DNA of 63,816 nt, counting the filler, from Bigelowiella natans CCMP2755 (Eukaryota > Protista > Cercozoa): the NCBI GenBank assembly GCA_000320545.1. It is 9 parts of 9 records of this genome, joined end to end, with 100 filler letters (N's around TTAATTAATTAA, not from the genome) between each part and the next. Parts side by side here need not be neighbours in the genome. Positions count along the whole stretch, not along the records: positions 45,533 to 54,952 come from ADNK01001298.1; positions 55,053 to 59,351 come from ADNK01002702.1; positions 59,452 to 61,424 come from ADNK01000143.1; positions 61,525 to 63,816 come from ADNK01001901.1; 5 more parts are not named here. One strand, 5' to 3'. Below the pieces are notes generated by a model. It had not been told where the DNA came from, did not search any database, and was given only the letters and a program-made list of their open reading frames with translations. Of this stretch, positions 49,917-63,120 are shown piece by piece. A program made the position numbers and the translations under genes. The stretch's first letter is position 1; each line of letters starts with the position of its first letter.

Positions 49917-50943
49917 GTCGTGTGGTCGACATCGTACACCTAGACATCTAGACATGCACATGTTGAATGAACAATGTTAATTTGGGGTAAACAAAAATAA
50001 AGAAAGAATTTTGCACAACAAAGCCACACATTCCTGAATGCGCAAAGTGTCCAGCGCCCATGAGATGCACGCCTCTTCCAATGTTTCTAACATGGCAACA
50101 TGCATCTTCATTCTACGCACGCAGCGCGAAATGGCATCATCTCTAGCGTGCGCGCAGCTCGTAATCGATAATATCGCATCAAGTTCGTCCTTACCGCAAG
50201 CATGGAATCTGAATCACAGCTATGCATTGAGTGTCAGGGACATCAAGAATGGGCACTCCTGCTCGTGTGTGCATTTGCATGAGCGCGCTACAAGGGAGAG
50301 AACCACCATGGACATGCAGCTAGCAGCTTTCATTTCACGCGCACACCACACACACAAACACGGTCATTGCACACATGATGCATGGTTGGCCGCATGGTTA
50401 CCATGACAAATAATGCTCTGATGAGTATGCTTGACTGTACATTTGGTATAGTAGCAGAGCAACCACAAACCCCTCCCTAAACCCCTACTAACCCCTACCC
50501 CCTGGCCACAATGTCCCTCCGATTCAGAAAGTCAGTTGTCACTGAAAATCTTTGAGTAATTTCTGCAATTTCTCTCGCTGGGAGTACAAACCCGCGGGCT
50601 CTCTAGTTTTCCTCTTATTCTTCTTCCACAGGGAGTAGTGAGATCCAGCCTTCCAGTAATAGAACAACTCCACGATCTTGCCACACAGAGGGGGAGAGGG
50701 AGGGTGGAGGGGAGGAGACGAGTAATTTTGGATGAAAACTTTGCGCTGTAAAACGAGGCACGGTTGCTCTTTACTATTTGACTCGATTGCACACTAACAT
50801 GCACGTTCACTGTCATTTCTTACTGCTGCTACTGCTGGTACTGCTACAACTACAACCACTATAACCACTACTACTTACTACCACTACAACTACTACTACT
50901 ACTACTACCACTACCACTACTACTACTTACTACTACTACCACC

Positions 50944-51355
50944 ACGTGTTCCAACTAGAAACTTGTGATGGGATGATGTGGCACATGAAGCTGTTGCTTG
51001 CAATTGTGACATCCTTCCCTCCCTGCATTTCTCGATGAAATCTAGTATGAGACTCATCGAGCTGGCAGCGGCGTGTGGTCAACTTATGTTAGTGCTTCCC
51101 TACACTGCACTACGGAAATAAGAAGTCATTTCTTGCTCGGCCATTGTCCGAATCTTGCCAGATGTGCTCATCCTGAACGCCTGCTCCAGTTTGTGCATGA
51201 AACTCTTTTCACAACTTTACTCCATCCCACTCCGGAATGATGCATTCTCCATTGTCACTCTCCTTGCGCCATTCTTCATCCTCCTCCTCCCCCTCCTCCT
51301 CCTCCTCCTCTCCAATCGTCACACCTTAGCTGCGCCGTGATCTGCACGGAACCCA
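50944..51355 (+). repeat. Block R of tandem duplication (copy at 53442-53842)
   Basis: About 400-bp direct repeat with roughly 23 differences by eye. Confidence 0.95.
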
Positions 51356-51641
51356 CTCGTATTGCTGTGCGGCTGAATAGGAAAAAATTGGTAAACCGCA
51401 GGGTATTTTCGTACTACGTCAGAAGATGATCCGGGGCAAGCACGGAAATGTGTCTGTCGTCGGCCGTTTTCACTCTGCGTTATGCGGGATTGGGTTGTCG
51501 CACTTCTGCAATTGGATCGGTGCTTCGGCTCGGTTGGCTCGAGAAGGAGAAGGATTCTCCTCAAAGAGAGAGAGACGAAAGTCAAATACAGAGCAAGTCA
51601 ATCATAACTCGAAAACAAACAAGAAATCAAGAAGAATCTAA

Positions 51642-52262
51642 ATGAACATCATTACACCAATGTTAAAAGAAGAAATCAAAGTCGCCCTTCGAAGGTGGGC
51701 TGGGTGCCCGTCCGCTGTTGCTGTTGAGGCTCCTCCGTCTCACGGCTTCTGGAACTTGTTCGGACTCAGCGATGATAATCCCAATATTCCTGTCGCTACA
51801 GAGTGCATTGTGGATGAATATGCAGCTATTCTGGAGGAAACTCCAGTTGCACTAGTTGCAGGATTTGTACTCCTTCTCCTTTCTGCTTTGTGCGTCGTTG
51901 CGTTTCGATGCAAGGCTAAGGAAGAGGCTGAGAGACTTGCAAGAGAAGAGGCCGAGCGTAAGGCTAAGAAAGAGGCTGAGAGACTTGCAAGAGAAGAAGC
52001 CAAGACGAGGAAACTTCGGATCGAGGATCTCAGAGTTGGAGTCAAATACGTGGGAGAAGTTACGAACGCCGTCGACTTCGGTTGCTTCATAAACTTCGGA
52101 TGTGAAAAGCAAGGACTCATGTATTATGCCCACCCACAGAGCAAATCTTTGAAGCCTAAAAACATGTTCGAGGTGAAACGGGGGCAGAAAATGAAGGTCA
52201 GGGTCAACAAGGTTGACTACCATCGTCGAAGGATCACTCTAGGCTTTGTCGATTATGTCTGA
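51642..52262 (+). CDS. Single-pass membrane protein with charged helical repeats and C-terminal S1 (OB-fold) domain
   Basis: Same first 89 codons as 48936-49916; EEAERLAREEAERKA repeats; IEDLRVGVKYVGEVTNAVDFGCFINFG...KRGQKMKVRVNKVDYHRRRITL is a Tex-like S1 domain. Confidence 0.8.
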   Translation: MNIITPMLKEEIKVALRRWAGCPSAVAVEAPPSHGFWNLFGLSDDNPNIPVATECIVDEYAAILEETPVALVAGFVLLLLSALCVVAFRCKAKEEAERLAREEAERKAKKEAERLAREEAKTRKLRIEDLRVGVKYVGEVTNAVDFGCFINFGCEKQGLMYYAHPQSKSLKPKNMFEVKRGQKMKVRVNKVDYHRRRITLGFVDYV

Positions 52263-52859
52263 TGTGGTGCAAGAATCCAAAGGAAAACAAATTGAGAATG
52301 AATTAGAATAAAGAAAAAAAAATAGGAACAAATTAGAACAAAGGATTTTGCATGGGAGCACATGCGTTTGCAGATTAACTCGATAGATGCTATGCAAACG
52401 TTGTCATGAACATGGAAATTTGTTACGGCATCAATACTGTGCATGGGCATGTGCATTTGCATGTGTGTGCAAATCCGTATGTGTGTGCGCTTGGTGTCAT
52501 GTATGTGAGTCATTGCCATCGCTTGCTCTAGTTCTGCCTACGCCATTTGCAGGGGCTCCTAGATCGATGCCATGGAAATCAGTGAAAAATCATCCACAAT
52601 ATTTAAAAGTGTGTCCTCAGACAGAAATCATGCAATGTCTGCCAGCACAGCGTTGTGATCAGTTTCCATTTCAGAGATGTTTTTCCTTCTCACCCCATGT
52701 AGCTTCCAAGACCGCCAAATTATGCAGGCTGTATAAGAGTCTAGCAATAACATGCTCAATGTTCATCCATGCGTATAGGATTGCTCTCGTCATCTGAACT
52801 ATCAACGGCAAGCTCAGTCTCATATATGAGCACGCTCATCTGTGATGAACCCCACTTTG

Positions 52860-52900
<41 letters not shown>

Positions 52901-53886
52901 CTCTCTCATGACAATTATTCATCGCAGCACAAGCCATGCTGCTGCATGCAGAAAATAGCGCTACTTTCTCCATTTGTGCCTCAAAACACTCCAAAAACAC
53001 CTCGCACATGTCTAGATGTGCAATGTGTGCACATTGCACACGTGCGCTTGTTCCACCAGTACGTTTCACCACGATAGCATGTGGCACACGCAGCAGCGCG
53101 CATCTTCTAGATGATCATTCTTGCATTTTGGACGACACGCTACGTATGCGCACATGCATGTGATCGACCGCATCGAAGGGTGCGTGACTGATGGTAAGCG
53201 CTGGAGTGATGGCTTGCGTTGTTGATTATTGCTAGCTAGCTGACACATAGCATGTGATCGCAGTTTTGTCATTTTCGCTGGCGCAGCCAGCATGGGCGCG
53301 GGCTGATTGTAACTATAATGCAGTGCATGGCGTAGCATTTGCAAAATGCATCGTTTCGCTAGCTCGTCGCGCATCGTCATGCCGTCAGAATCAACTGTTG
53401 TTGTGTAAGATCGAGCTAGTTGCATGTACATTGTACATATTACGTATTCCAACTAGAAACTTATAATGGGATAATGTAGCACATGAAGTTGTTACTTAAT
53501 TGTAACATCCTTCCCTCCCTATATTTCTCGATGAAATCTAGTATGAGATTCATCGAGCTGGCAGCGGCGTGTGGCCAACTTATGTTAGTGCTTCCCTACA
53601 CTGCACTACGGAAATAAGAAGTCATTTCTTGCTCGGCCATTGTCCGAATCTTACCAGATGTGCTTATCCGGAACGCCTGCTCCAGTTTGTGTATAAAACT
53701 CTTTTCACAACTTTACTCCATCCCACTCCGGAATGATGCATTCTCCATTGTCACTCTCCTTGCGCCATTCTTCATCCTCCTCCTCCCCCTCCTCCTCTTC
53801 AATCGTCATACATTAGCTGCGCCGTCATCTCCACGGAACCCATCATCTTCCATACAATTGGGGCGTCAAGCAAGCGTTCTTCCCGC

Positions 53887-53960
53887 TCAAGGCTTTGCTT
53901 CGAGGCTGATCTGTGCTCCGAACTTGGGGAGCGTTGAAGGACTAACGATATGGGGGGCAG

Positions 53961-54002
<42 letters not shown>

Positions 54003-54052
54003 AGATTGAATACACACAAGAGTCGGCTACGACAAACACAACCGAAGCAGCA

Positions 54053-54089
<37 letters not shown>

Positions 54090-54700
54090 TCAGCAGCGTC
54101 ATTGCCGCACCTGTTCAAATTGGCCTTGGCCCCCAGTTTGACACCGATATGATGGTAGAACTTGCGGCTGAGCTCCACGTCGACGTCTCCAGAGGTGGCG
54201 AGACCCGCCTTCAGGGACACGCCGTTGCCGACGCTGGCACGCACGCCGGTAGCGAGAGCAAGGTTCTCGCCCATACCGTTCATGGAAGCAGCCACTGCGA
54301 CGTCCTTATCACCCAGCTTCGATGACAATGTCGCCTAGTAAAGAAGGATGGGAAGGAGGAGGAGGAGGAGGAGGAGGAGGAGGAGGAGGGGAGGAAAAAC
54401 GCGTTTTCAGTTTAATTCCGCGAGTAGCTTCACTTCCTACAGCCCCCCCCCCCCCCTCCCCCCAAGCCCTCCCGGCCTGCCCCTCGCTCAATCCCCGAAC
54501 TACAAATGAATATGCTAGAAAATAACGATATTGACGAAGACGGAAGCTGCAATTATGATGACCCTATTAACAGCGCCAAAGCCTTCAGTTGTAGCAGAGA
54601 TGGTGTAGTCGGGAGCTGTGTACTGTGCTCCGATGGCTGAGGAGGACTTCAGCGTGCCAAGGTCCGTCTTTGAGGGGTCGAGGGAGAAAGCTCCTGCGAC
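53887..54700 (-). CDS. VDAC: Mitochondrial porin (VDAC), 3' exons only
   Basis: Exons ..AIGAQYTAPDYTISAT | ..VSLKAGLATSGDVDVELSRKF..VKLGAKANLN | SPSTLPKFGAQISLEAKP stop (alternating beta pattern, terminal beta signal). Confidence 0.75.
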
Positions 54701-55352
54701 CTATTGTTTGAACGAGGGGGGGGGGGGGGGTGAGATGGAATGGCGGGTACGGCAACTGTTCCCAAGATATAAGCTATAAATTATTATATAGACAATGGGA
54801 TAATTTTCCTCAGTATGTAGTAAGAAGATGTCGGAATGCTGCGACGAAGGAATCTTGCTCGCTCCTCTCTTCTCTCTCTCTTTCCCCCCCCCCAAAGAGG
54901 GGGTTGAGCGAACTGACATTAAAAAATTCTCTTGTAAGGTATGGGGGGGTGGNNNNNNNNNNNNNNNNNNNNNNNNNNNNNNNNNNNNNNNNNNNNTTAA
55001 TTAATTAANNNNNNNNNNNNNNNNNNNNNNNNNNNNNNNNNNNNNNNNNNNNTTGCACTTTACATATATATATATGTATGAAATGGCGATTTTCAAAAGC
55101 TCCTCCATGTCAAACTTGTTTTCCCCCCCCCCCCAACCTGCCGAGCCCCCAGCGCACCCTGAGAAATCCCCCCCCCCCCAACCCCCCGTACGGGGTCCAT
55201 TTCCCATCGAACCAATATGAATTGTTCAAGAAGAAGGTAAATTAAAATAATTATTTTATTAAAACCGAAACGCCCGCACCGCCCGCCCGTCATTTCATTT
55301 ATTCCCCCCCCCCCCCCCCCCCCCCCCCCCTCCCCACATCTCCTCTACTCAC

Positions 55353-55519
55353 CTGCGACATTGATTGCGGAAGGCCGTGGAGGAGGCCTTCGCTCCTCTC
55401 ATCCATTTCGCCGCCGATTGCTTCTTTTGGTGTGGAGGGAGGGGAGGGGGGGGATAGAGTGAGAATCAATAAAACAAATGACATGACGTACACGCGTTTT
55501 CGTCATTCCTAATATCATA

Positions 55520-55558
<39 letters not shown>

Positions 55559-55623
55559 TATATGGTATATTGTACACCACTACCGGATTGCGAAGGAACA
55601 TCGACTTCAGACAAGCGTTCTGT

Positions 55624-55661
<38 letters not shown>

Positions 55662-56387
55662 CACACACACAACACACACACACACATCCATAACCATACA
55701 TGAACGATAGTGTGTGAAACATGGACGCATGTACGTTTCGGGGGTTGCTGGACAAAAATCTCTAGGAAAGACGATGCTGCAGCAGCCGCTGCTGAGACAG
55801 CAGCAGCGGCTATAGCATACAGAACCGTACGAATCCCCAATATCATCAAAGCCATCGCCACCGTCGTCATTTCCATGCATAAAAAGGGAAAGTCGTTGCG
55901 AGATAAATTACGAAATGTTACGAGGTAACATCGCCCAAAATTATGCCGGATGAGTCAATAAAAATCCCCAAAATGACAGGTTGCGAAGCCATACCCCCCA
56001 ACCCCCCCCCCCCCAAAAAAAAACAAACAAAACAAGAACAGAGCAACAATTACAGCGGTAACAGCAAGAGCAAAAAACAACAAAACAACAAAGATTGCTC
56101 CCAAGGGGAGAAGGCATCATCACACAGAAACACGCTTGAAAACTCCTCGAGAGCTCTCAAATCGCTAGCACGTAACGTTGAAACCGGAGACTTCGGATTC
56201 TAATACGACTACTACTACTACTACTACGGGAAGAAACAAAGGGCAAAACATTCGCGGTCAACCCCACCTAATTTGGCCTGCCCTTGCCTCCGAAGGAGGG
56301 GAGGGGGGGGGGCAGCGGAGTTGGGGGCGGGTGGTTCGGAGCGAGATGCGGAACGAGTGCTGCAGCAGACAAATTGCACGACTTAGC

Positions 56388-56424
<37 letters not shown>

Positions 56425-56425
56425 G

Positions 56426-56472
<47 letters not shown>

Positions 56473-57268
56473 AATATATATTAATTATATATTGATTTAT
56501 ATAGTTTCTCCGGTGGCATGCGTTCAAATCTTGAAGCAAGCAAATAGCACGTAGCAGCCTAACAGCACTTTCTCTCCTATATGGAAACAACTCTTTTTTC
56601 CACGTACACTGGAATGATCCTCAGCAATGCTTGCTCGCCCTCTCCTCCATCCGGCGGCGTCTCCTCCCCCCCCCCAGCGTTGCTGCTTTCCCTGGGGTTA
56701 TTATTCCAGACGTGTGCCGCTGGGGAAGGCGACGATAGGGGCGTCTCCTCGTCTTCACGGAAAGCAGCCCCCTCCCCGTTCCTGGATCTCGTGGTAGAAT
56801 TGAGGTCATCTAACATGCCATGGCTGCCGCCACCTGGCGCTGCGTTCAAAGCTGCTAAAGCTGACGGGTGAGGCAGATGTTTCTTCCTTTCTTGCTCTTT
56901 TCTTCGGTGAGCTTCCTCGGTTTTCTTCTTCCTGTCCCCGCCCCCTCCCTCCTCCTCCTCCTCCTCCTCCTCCTCCTCCTCCTCCTCCTCATCTCTCTCC
57001 CCGCCGCCCCCCTCCTCCTTCTCGTTCTCACCAGCCTCCTCTCCGCCCTTTACCTCTGGCGAGGGGTAGCCTCGGTTTGCTACTCGATCCCGAAGCGCCG
57101 TGACTGGTGAGATAGGGTTTTTCATTAACAACCGACACGATTGGTTTGCAATATATTTGACGAGGGGGAGGGGGGGAAGAGGAGGGGGAGAAATGCTGCC
57201 AGAGTATAACCCAGCAACAAGGCAGATAATGGCCGCGCCGATGGGTTTAAAATTTCGCCCATACACTT

Positions 57269-57312
<44 letters not shown>

Positions 57313-58159
57313 TTGTTGTGCAGCACACGACTAACTACCACCTGTGGATTTGTTGAAGAGGTGGTTGTTGTAAGGGATTAAAGAGCGCAGGATCAACATC
57401 GCAGCTCTCCGGATATCCGAATCGAAACCTGGGCCAAGCAGGTAGTTTTTGTGACATCAAGAAGAGGAAGGAGAGAGAAGGAGAAGAACAACGCCACGAG
57501 ATGGTCAAGTGCAAATTGTATGTAATTCATATTCAAAGGCGACTCCGCGCGAATCGGCGGGCAAAAATTATCGGCATATTCTTCGGTGTTATCATCGTCA
57601 ACTAGCTTGCGACTCTGGGGGGCCATGTATCTCATTTTTATCGTTTTTGTTCCAATATGGTGCTCATCAGCAGAGACTAGGAGGCCAGCTGCGGCGCACT
57701 TACTATTCTTTCGGTCGGTGAGAATGGCCTCGAGGTGGTGGATGAAGCTTGGGATCAGTATCGATGAGCCTTTCAGCCCGCATGAAAACAACTGTGGGTG
57801 TGAGAGAGCAGCAGAGGGCAAGAGGGAGGGGGAGGAGAAGGGAAGTGACAATGCTGATGACGGTGAAGTTGACGATGATGATGATAGTGAGGACTTTTGT
57901 TATTAGGAAAGGGAACGTCGGAAGGGGGGGGGGGGAGGGGGGGGCGGAAGAGAAGTGGCGTTCTTGCTCTCACTATCAAATACTTGTTATTTTTACCATC
58001 GTCGAGTTGAGAAGAATCGCATAAACGACGGTGCTCTTCGTGTCGTTGTAGTAGACAAGAGCTTGGATGATGCTCTGGACCAACACAGCACCAACAAACC
58101 GCATCATCATCATACACCCTCCACATCTCCACCAACGTCGTCATCGTCATCATCATCGT

Positions 58160-58191
<32 letters not shown>

Positions 58192-58240
58192 TCATCATTT
58201 ACTATGTATTATCATACCTCACTCCTCAGTACCACTACCG

Positions 58241-58271
<31 letters not shown>

Positions 58272-58775
58272 CACCACTACTACGACTAGATCTCAACCCC
58301 AAATAGCACTCTATCACCTGGTAGAATCTTGAGAGGTCAGCATCCGTCGTGAGTTGTCCGTTTTGCTGCGAGAAGATCCTGCACAAGCAGCCCAGGGCCG
58401 TGGCGCGCCCCTTCATGAACATCTGGTCTCGGAGCCGCTTTTTCCCATTCGCATTGAGGAGGGAGGGGGGGCGGAGAGGAGGGGGGAGAAGTAGTAGAGG
58501 GCGGGGGGTTGGAAGAATGAAGTTTGGTGAGTTATATAAAATGCGAACGAGTGTCTGTCTGTGTGTGTGTGTGATAACTTATCTATTTTATATGTTGTAG
58601 TAAAAACTAACAATGCAAAGCGATAAAAACAGGAGAACATCCTCTCCTCCACCTCTCATCGATACCACTGCATCGCCATGCCCCCCCCCCCCCCTTCCCC
58701 TTCTCAACATGCATACCGTGTTCAGTGTATTTGCGAGGGCAAAAAGCGCCTTTCCGTAGACCTTCAAAATAAACC
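55353..58775 (-). CDS. Ral GTPase-activating protein subunit (RALGAPB/A-like), internal fragment
   Basis: VYGKALF, KGRATALGCLCRIFSQ...LSRFYQVI and GLKGSSILIPSFIHHLEAIL follow the order of conserved RalGAP blocks (GRA.A.G.LCRIF...LSRFY; LKG....P.FI..LE.IL). Confidence 0.7.
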
Positions 58776-58941
58776 TGAAATAATAAACACATATCAGAGA
58801 AGGAAGATAGATTAGGTGTGCGTGGGGGGGGGGCGGCTTACCTTCCTTCCGAGCATACCCAAGGGTGTAGAACGGACTAATTTGTATCGTTACACGGAAG
58901 ATGCAAGAAATAAGAGGTGTTGGCAAATAAAGCAGTGGTAG

Positions 58942-58975
<34 letters not shown>

Positions 58976-59080
58976 CCATCGCGTGCTAAAAGGAGATATA
59001 GAGGAATGATTCTTGCTACCTCATGGAGACTGCACAGGCAACTTGCGCGCGCGCTCGCGCGCACACACACACACAGACAG

Positions 59081-59131
<51 letters not shown>

Positions 59132-59451
59132 CGACCTTCGCTGACAGAGGACGCCGTGCATACGCTCTCTCAGCAAATGTCAAGGGACAAGGATCCTGCA
59201 CACGTATAAGGGAGGATATCATACAGAAGTAAGCTGGTATTTAACATCTATGATCATTGCAATCGTTGATGTTGTTGGCGAAGATGATGAATTGCATCGA
59301 TCGCATTTGCTTTAGGCATCGTCACCATTGGGTATAGCGTAGAACGCGCCCNNNNNNNNNNNNNNNNNNNNNNNNNNNNNNNNNNNNNNNNNNNNTTAAT
59401 TAATTAANNNNNNNNNNNNNNNNNNNNNNNNNNNNNNNNNNNNNNNNNNNN

Positions 59452-59861
59452 AAATCTTTGATAATGTAGGATTAAAGGAAACTTGAGCTACCGCTAAAAG
59501 TTGTGGCTCCGGATTTGAAGTTTGGGAGCCTCCCAAAGAAGAAGAAACACAGAAGAAAGTTAACAGCCCCTAATAATTGTAATTAAGATGATTTCGATTA
59601 TTTGGTTCAGATTTCGTATTGAAGTGTTTTCTTTCATAGTTTTAAAGTCGATATCGTTATTTACAAGCTCCCTATTCAAATGCATTAAAAGAATAAAAGA
59701 CTAACCACGACTGTAGCTGCAAGGATTTTGCCCCTTTTCGTTTTGAGATGCAACACCCTTGATGACCTATTCGAATTCTCCTCCGAAAATGCTTCAGTAG
59801 TCCGTTCACTCTTGAGGCCGTTTATGCTCCCATACGTAGGGGCAGACTTAGCCGTCGACAT
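59452..59861 (-). CDS. 5' end of a hypothetical type II membrane protein
   Basis: MSTAKSAPTYGSIN... followed by a hydrophobic segment split by an apparent intron; runs off the contig. Confidence 0.3.
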
Positions 59862-61769
59862 CGTTGCTGTGTCCAGGTAGAGGGGAGGAGGGTGCCTCAC
59901 AGGAAACAAAAGAAAAGGTTGCAGATTCTAAGAATTAAAAAGTTGCATTTTCCTCACCTTAAATGAAAAGATTGCAAGGTATTTCAACCGTACTAGCACT
60001 TATCACAGCCCTAAATTGGAGCGAACCGCCGTAGATGGATTTGGGCCGTTTGAGAAATCCGAATAAATAATGTTTAAAAAAAAAGCATGAAATTGCGTGA
60101 TACGGCAGCCAAAAGCCTATGTCGCAACCTAGACTTTCAGTAGATAATTTCAGACTTAAATGCTTTCCGAATAGATAATTTCTGTAGGAAGAATATTGAA
60201 GATTTTCTTCAAAAAAGGCTTCATATGGCAAAAGATGCTTGACTTTCTAGGCAATATTTTTGAATTCGTTCATTTTTTTGTGACGGCTGCCAGAGTGGAA
60301 TAGGGCCTGTTGGGAAAGAGAATAGAGAAAAGGTGCAAAATGCTCAGAACTCTGTAAATGAATGCCAAGTTTCAAACCGATAGAAAAGTTGGTTTGCATG
60401 TGAAAAAGGAGAAAACTCGTATGTTTTCTGGTAAAAAGTGTATTCCGACATGGTCTTATGCCCAAGTTTCCCTCAAATAAAATGTGTTAAATGTACATTC
60501 TTGTTTCAGTAACTCTGGAAGTACTTGAACAAAACCAAAACAATTTCCGTAAATTCATTCCGAAAAAACATATTTACACAGAGATAACGGCAAATCTCCA
60601 TTCTGTCGATACTTTCGGGCAATTTCTAAGTCTGAACATCTCCAACGGGTACCCCTAAGATTCCTAAGATTGTGTTCTGTGCGACGCAAGAGCTCGAGCG
60701 GAGATTTAGAAGTTGTTTCTCAAGAATCTCGGAATGCCTTTTTTGTCGTTCGCACATTTCTTGAAATGAATTGCTTTTTTCTGGAACGACAAGATTGTTG
60801 CCGGGGGAATGATGGGGATGAGGATCTGATGATCAGGAACATTGATTGAGTGTGAGCACGAATCTTGAAACTTGAATCTTGATCCTTTGCTCATTCTGGC
60901 ATTGCTCATTCATTCATTCAGGCGGCGGATGCGAAACGAAAAATGGATCGCAGGACGCACGTCTGGACGTTGCACCTGCTGGCCTGCAGTGCAAACTCTT
61001 CACTCTCCTTGCTAGCTTGGTGGTCAGTCAGCAGTCACGTTCGACGAAATCAATTTTTGTCTGGCAGACAAAAAATCACGTTGTCCACAGTGATTTTTGC
61101 AACGACACAGCTGGACAGTGTGCAAGCATCACGTTGTCTCCAGTTCTTGTGCAGTCCTAGCTGAAGAAGCAGTCGCACACCTTGACGTGTTGCACGTTCT
61201 GGCGTTCTTGGGTTGGTGGGATCGAGTTGAGTTCGACCAACCGCGAGTGCTGGAGTGCAGGTGCAGTGAGCTCACGCACGCACGGTGCACGGCGTGGTTT
61301 GACAGTGGCAGCCGTGCTGGCGTGGGCGGCGACAGACGGCTGGACGTGCCATGTCAGCGATCAAGTGAAAACATCAGGAGCACGCTGTGTGCGCATGCAT
61401 GATCGTGGGCCTGCCATGCACAAGNNNNNNNNNNNNNNNNNNNNNNNNNNNNNNNNNNNNNNNNNNNNTTAATTAATTAANNNNNNNNNNNNNNNNNNNN
61501 NNNNNNNNNNNNNNNNNNNNNNNNTACGTGATGATACAAAAAGCCACTTTCCACCCCAGGAAGCGCCACGAGGGCGACTTTTATTTGTTTTGTGACCGTC
61601 CAAAAACACTGCAGTATACCTATCTTAGCCCCGTGGTAGAAATAACATCGCAAAGTAAAGTCATAGCAGTGGGGGGGGGGAAGGGGCTCAGACCGCCATA
61701 AATCAGCGGAAATACCATGAAACTCGCATGTGTACTGCTGTTACTACTGATTAATTACCACGATGACAT

Positions 61770-62264
61770 TTCCCCAATGGAGATCATTTTGTCCTTGTTC
61801 TTATCGAGCTCGTTCATAAGTTTTCTGCAGAGACGGCGAGCCTATCGAGCGAACGAATTTTGTGAGGTGAGCAGCCCTCGATTCAGCCAACATAGCATGC
61901 GGATTTGTATGTCTGCATCGGGGAGACTCTGCGGCGATGAAATATCAGCGATTGCTCCTTGATTGAACAAGGAAATTTCGGCATTTCCCCTTTCCTTCAA
62001 AATTCAGTGTGCTTTGTGTTGCATGTTTTGTGTATTGAGAGTCGTACATCCACGCTCCCGACTTGCGTGGACAAAGCGGCCACGATCTGATTGTGGAACA
62101 GGACGAAGAGGATTGGGGGGCAGGGGAGAGTTGGCATGAGGGATTTTTGAGTTCATAAGAATCTGTACACACACACACGCACACACACACACACACACAT
62201 GCATTCAATTCTACCCGTAGAATACACATTGCTTTTGAAATATCTGATAATGTTTGTATCACAT

Positions 62265-62302
<38 letters not shown>

Positions 62303-62467
62303 CTCACCTCGTCGAAGGAAAATCGTCCATCGTGATTCGCATCAATGAGATTAATGTTTTTCCGCAGCCATAGCGTAATCTAACAAAGACCAAAAACGGC
62401 GAGCACTGATCAATATAATATAATATAATATAATATATATATATCAATAATGTTATTCATACTACAC

Positions 62468-62508
<41 letters not shown>

Positions 62509-62907
62509 CGATTGCTACGTGCATTGAGCACAAGCTCTTTGATCAAAAGGAAAGAAAGAAAACGATTGAAAAGAAACCCTATTTCTCAGCAGCAACGTCT
62601 CTCCCTCGAGAAGGACAAGTCGCATTGGCTGGGAAATTCTTCCTTTTCGCTTTCATATCGCTGTCTCTACGACACCCTCATTCGTGCCGAGCTACCTTCA
62701 TAAACGTCATTCTCTCGTATTCTTGCATCATTTCCGTGAAGTCAACCTGATGGTTGATTGGGGTGGTGGAAACAGAGACGTCAAGATACTAGGCTGCCAA
62801 ATCCAGCCGCATAAACTTCTTCTCCAAGTCGATGAATACACGGATATGTTACACAGCAGGAAAACACCCGGACGCAAATCAGCCGTTAGTCTTCGAGATA
62901 ACACTTT

Positions 62908-62947
<40 letters not shown>

Positions 62948-63120
62948 TCGCAACTCGTGTGTGCGGTAGGATTTTCTAGGGAAAACAACATTCAAAATTA
63001 CATATCCGTTGTTGTCACGATCGGCCAAACTGAAGTAGTCCCGGGCGATTTTCTCCGCGCTTTGCCGGCTCGCCCCTGCGCGAACGAAGACTTTGAATAG
63101 CTCGGCCTGGCTTAACATCC
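61770..63120 (-). CDS. Multi-EF-hand calcium-binding protein (partial, multi-exon)
   Basis: FSLADRDNNGY, LIDANHDGRFSFDE, ELDKNKDKMISIGE loops in separate exons. Confidence 0.75.

Noticed and set aside
50468-50502. Degenerate CCCTAA-like run
   Set aside because: Too short and irregular to call an interstitial telomere.
25008-61524. Regularly recurring TTAATTAATTAA flanked by Ns
   Set aside because: Artificial six-frame-stop linker joining contigs; not a biological repeat, and no synteny can be inferred across it.
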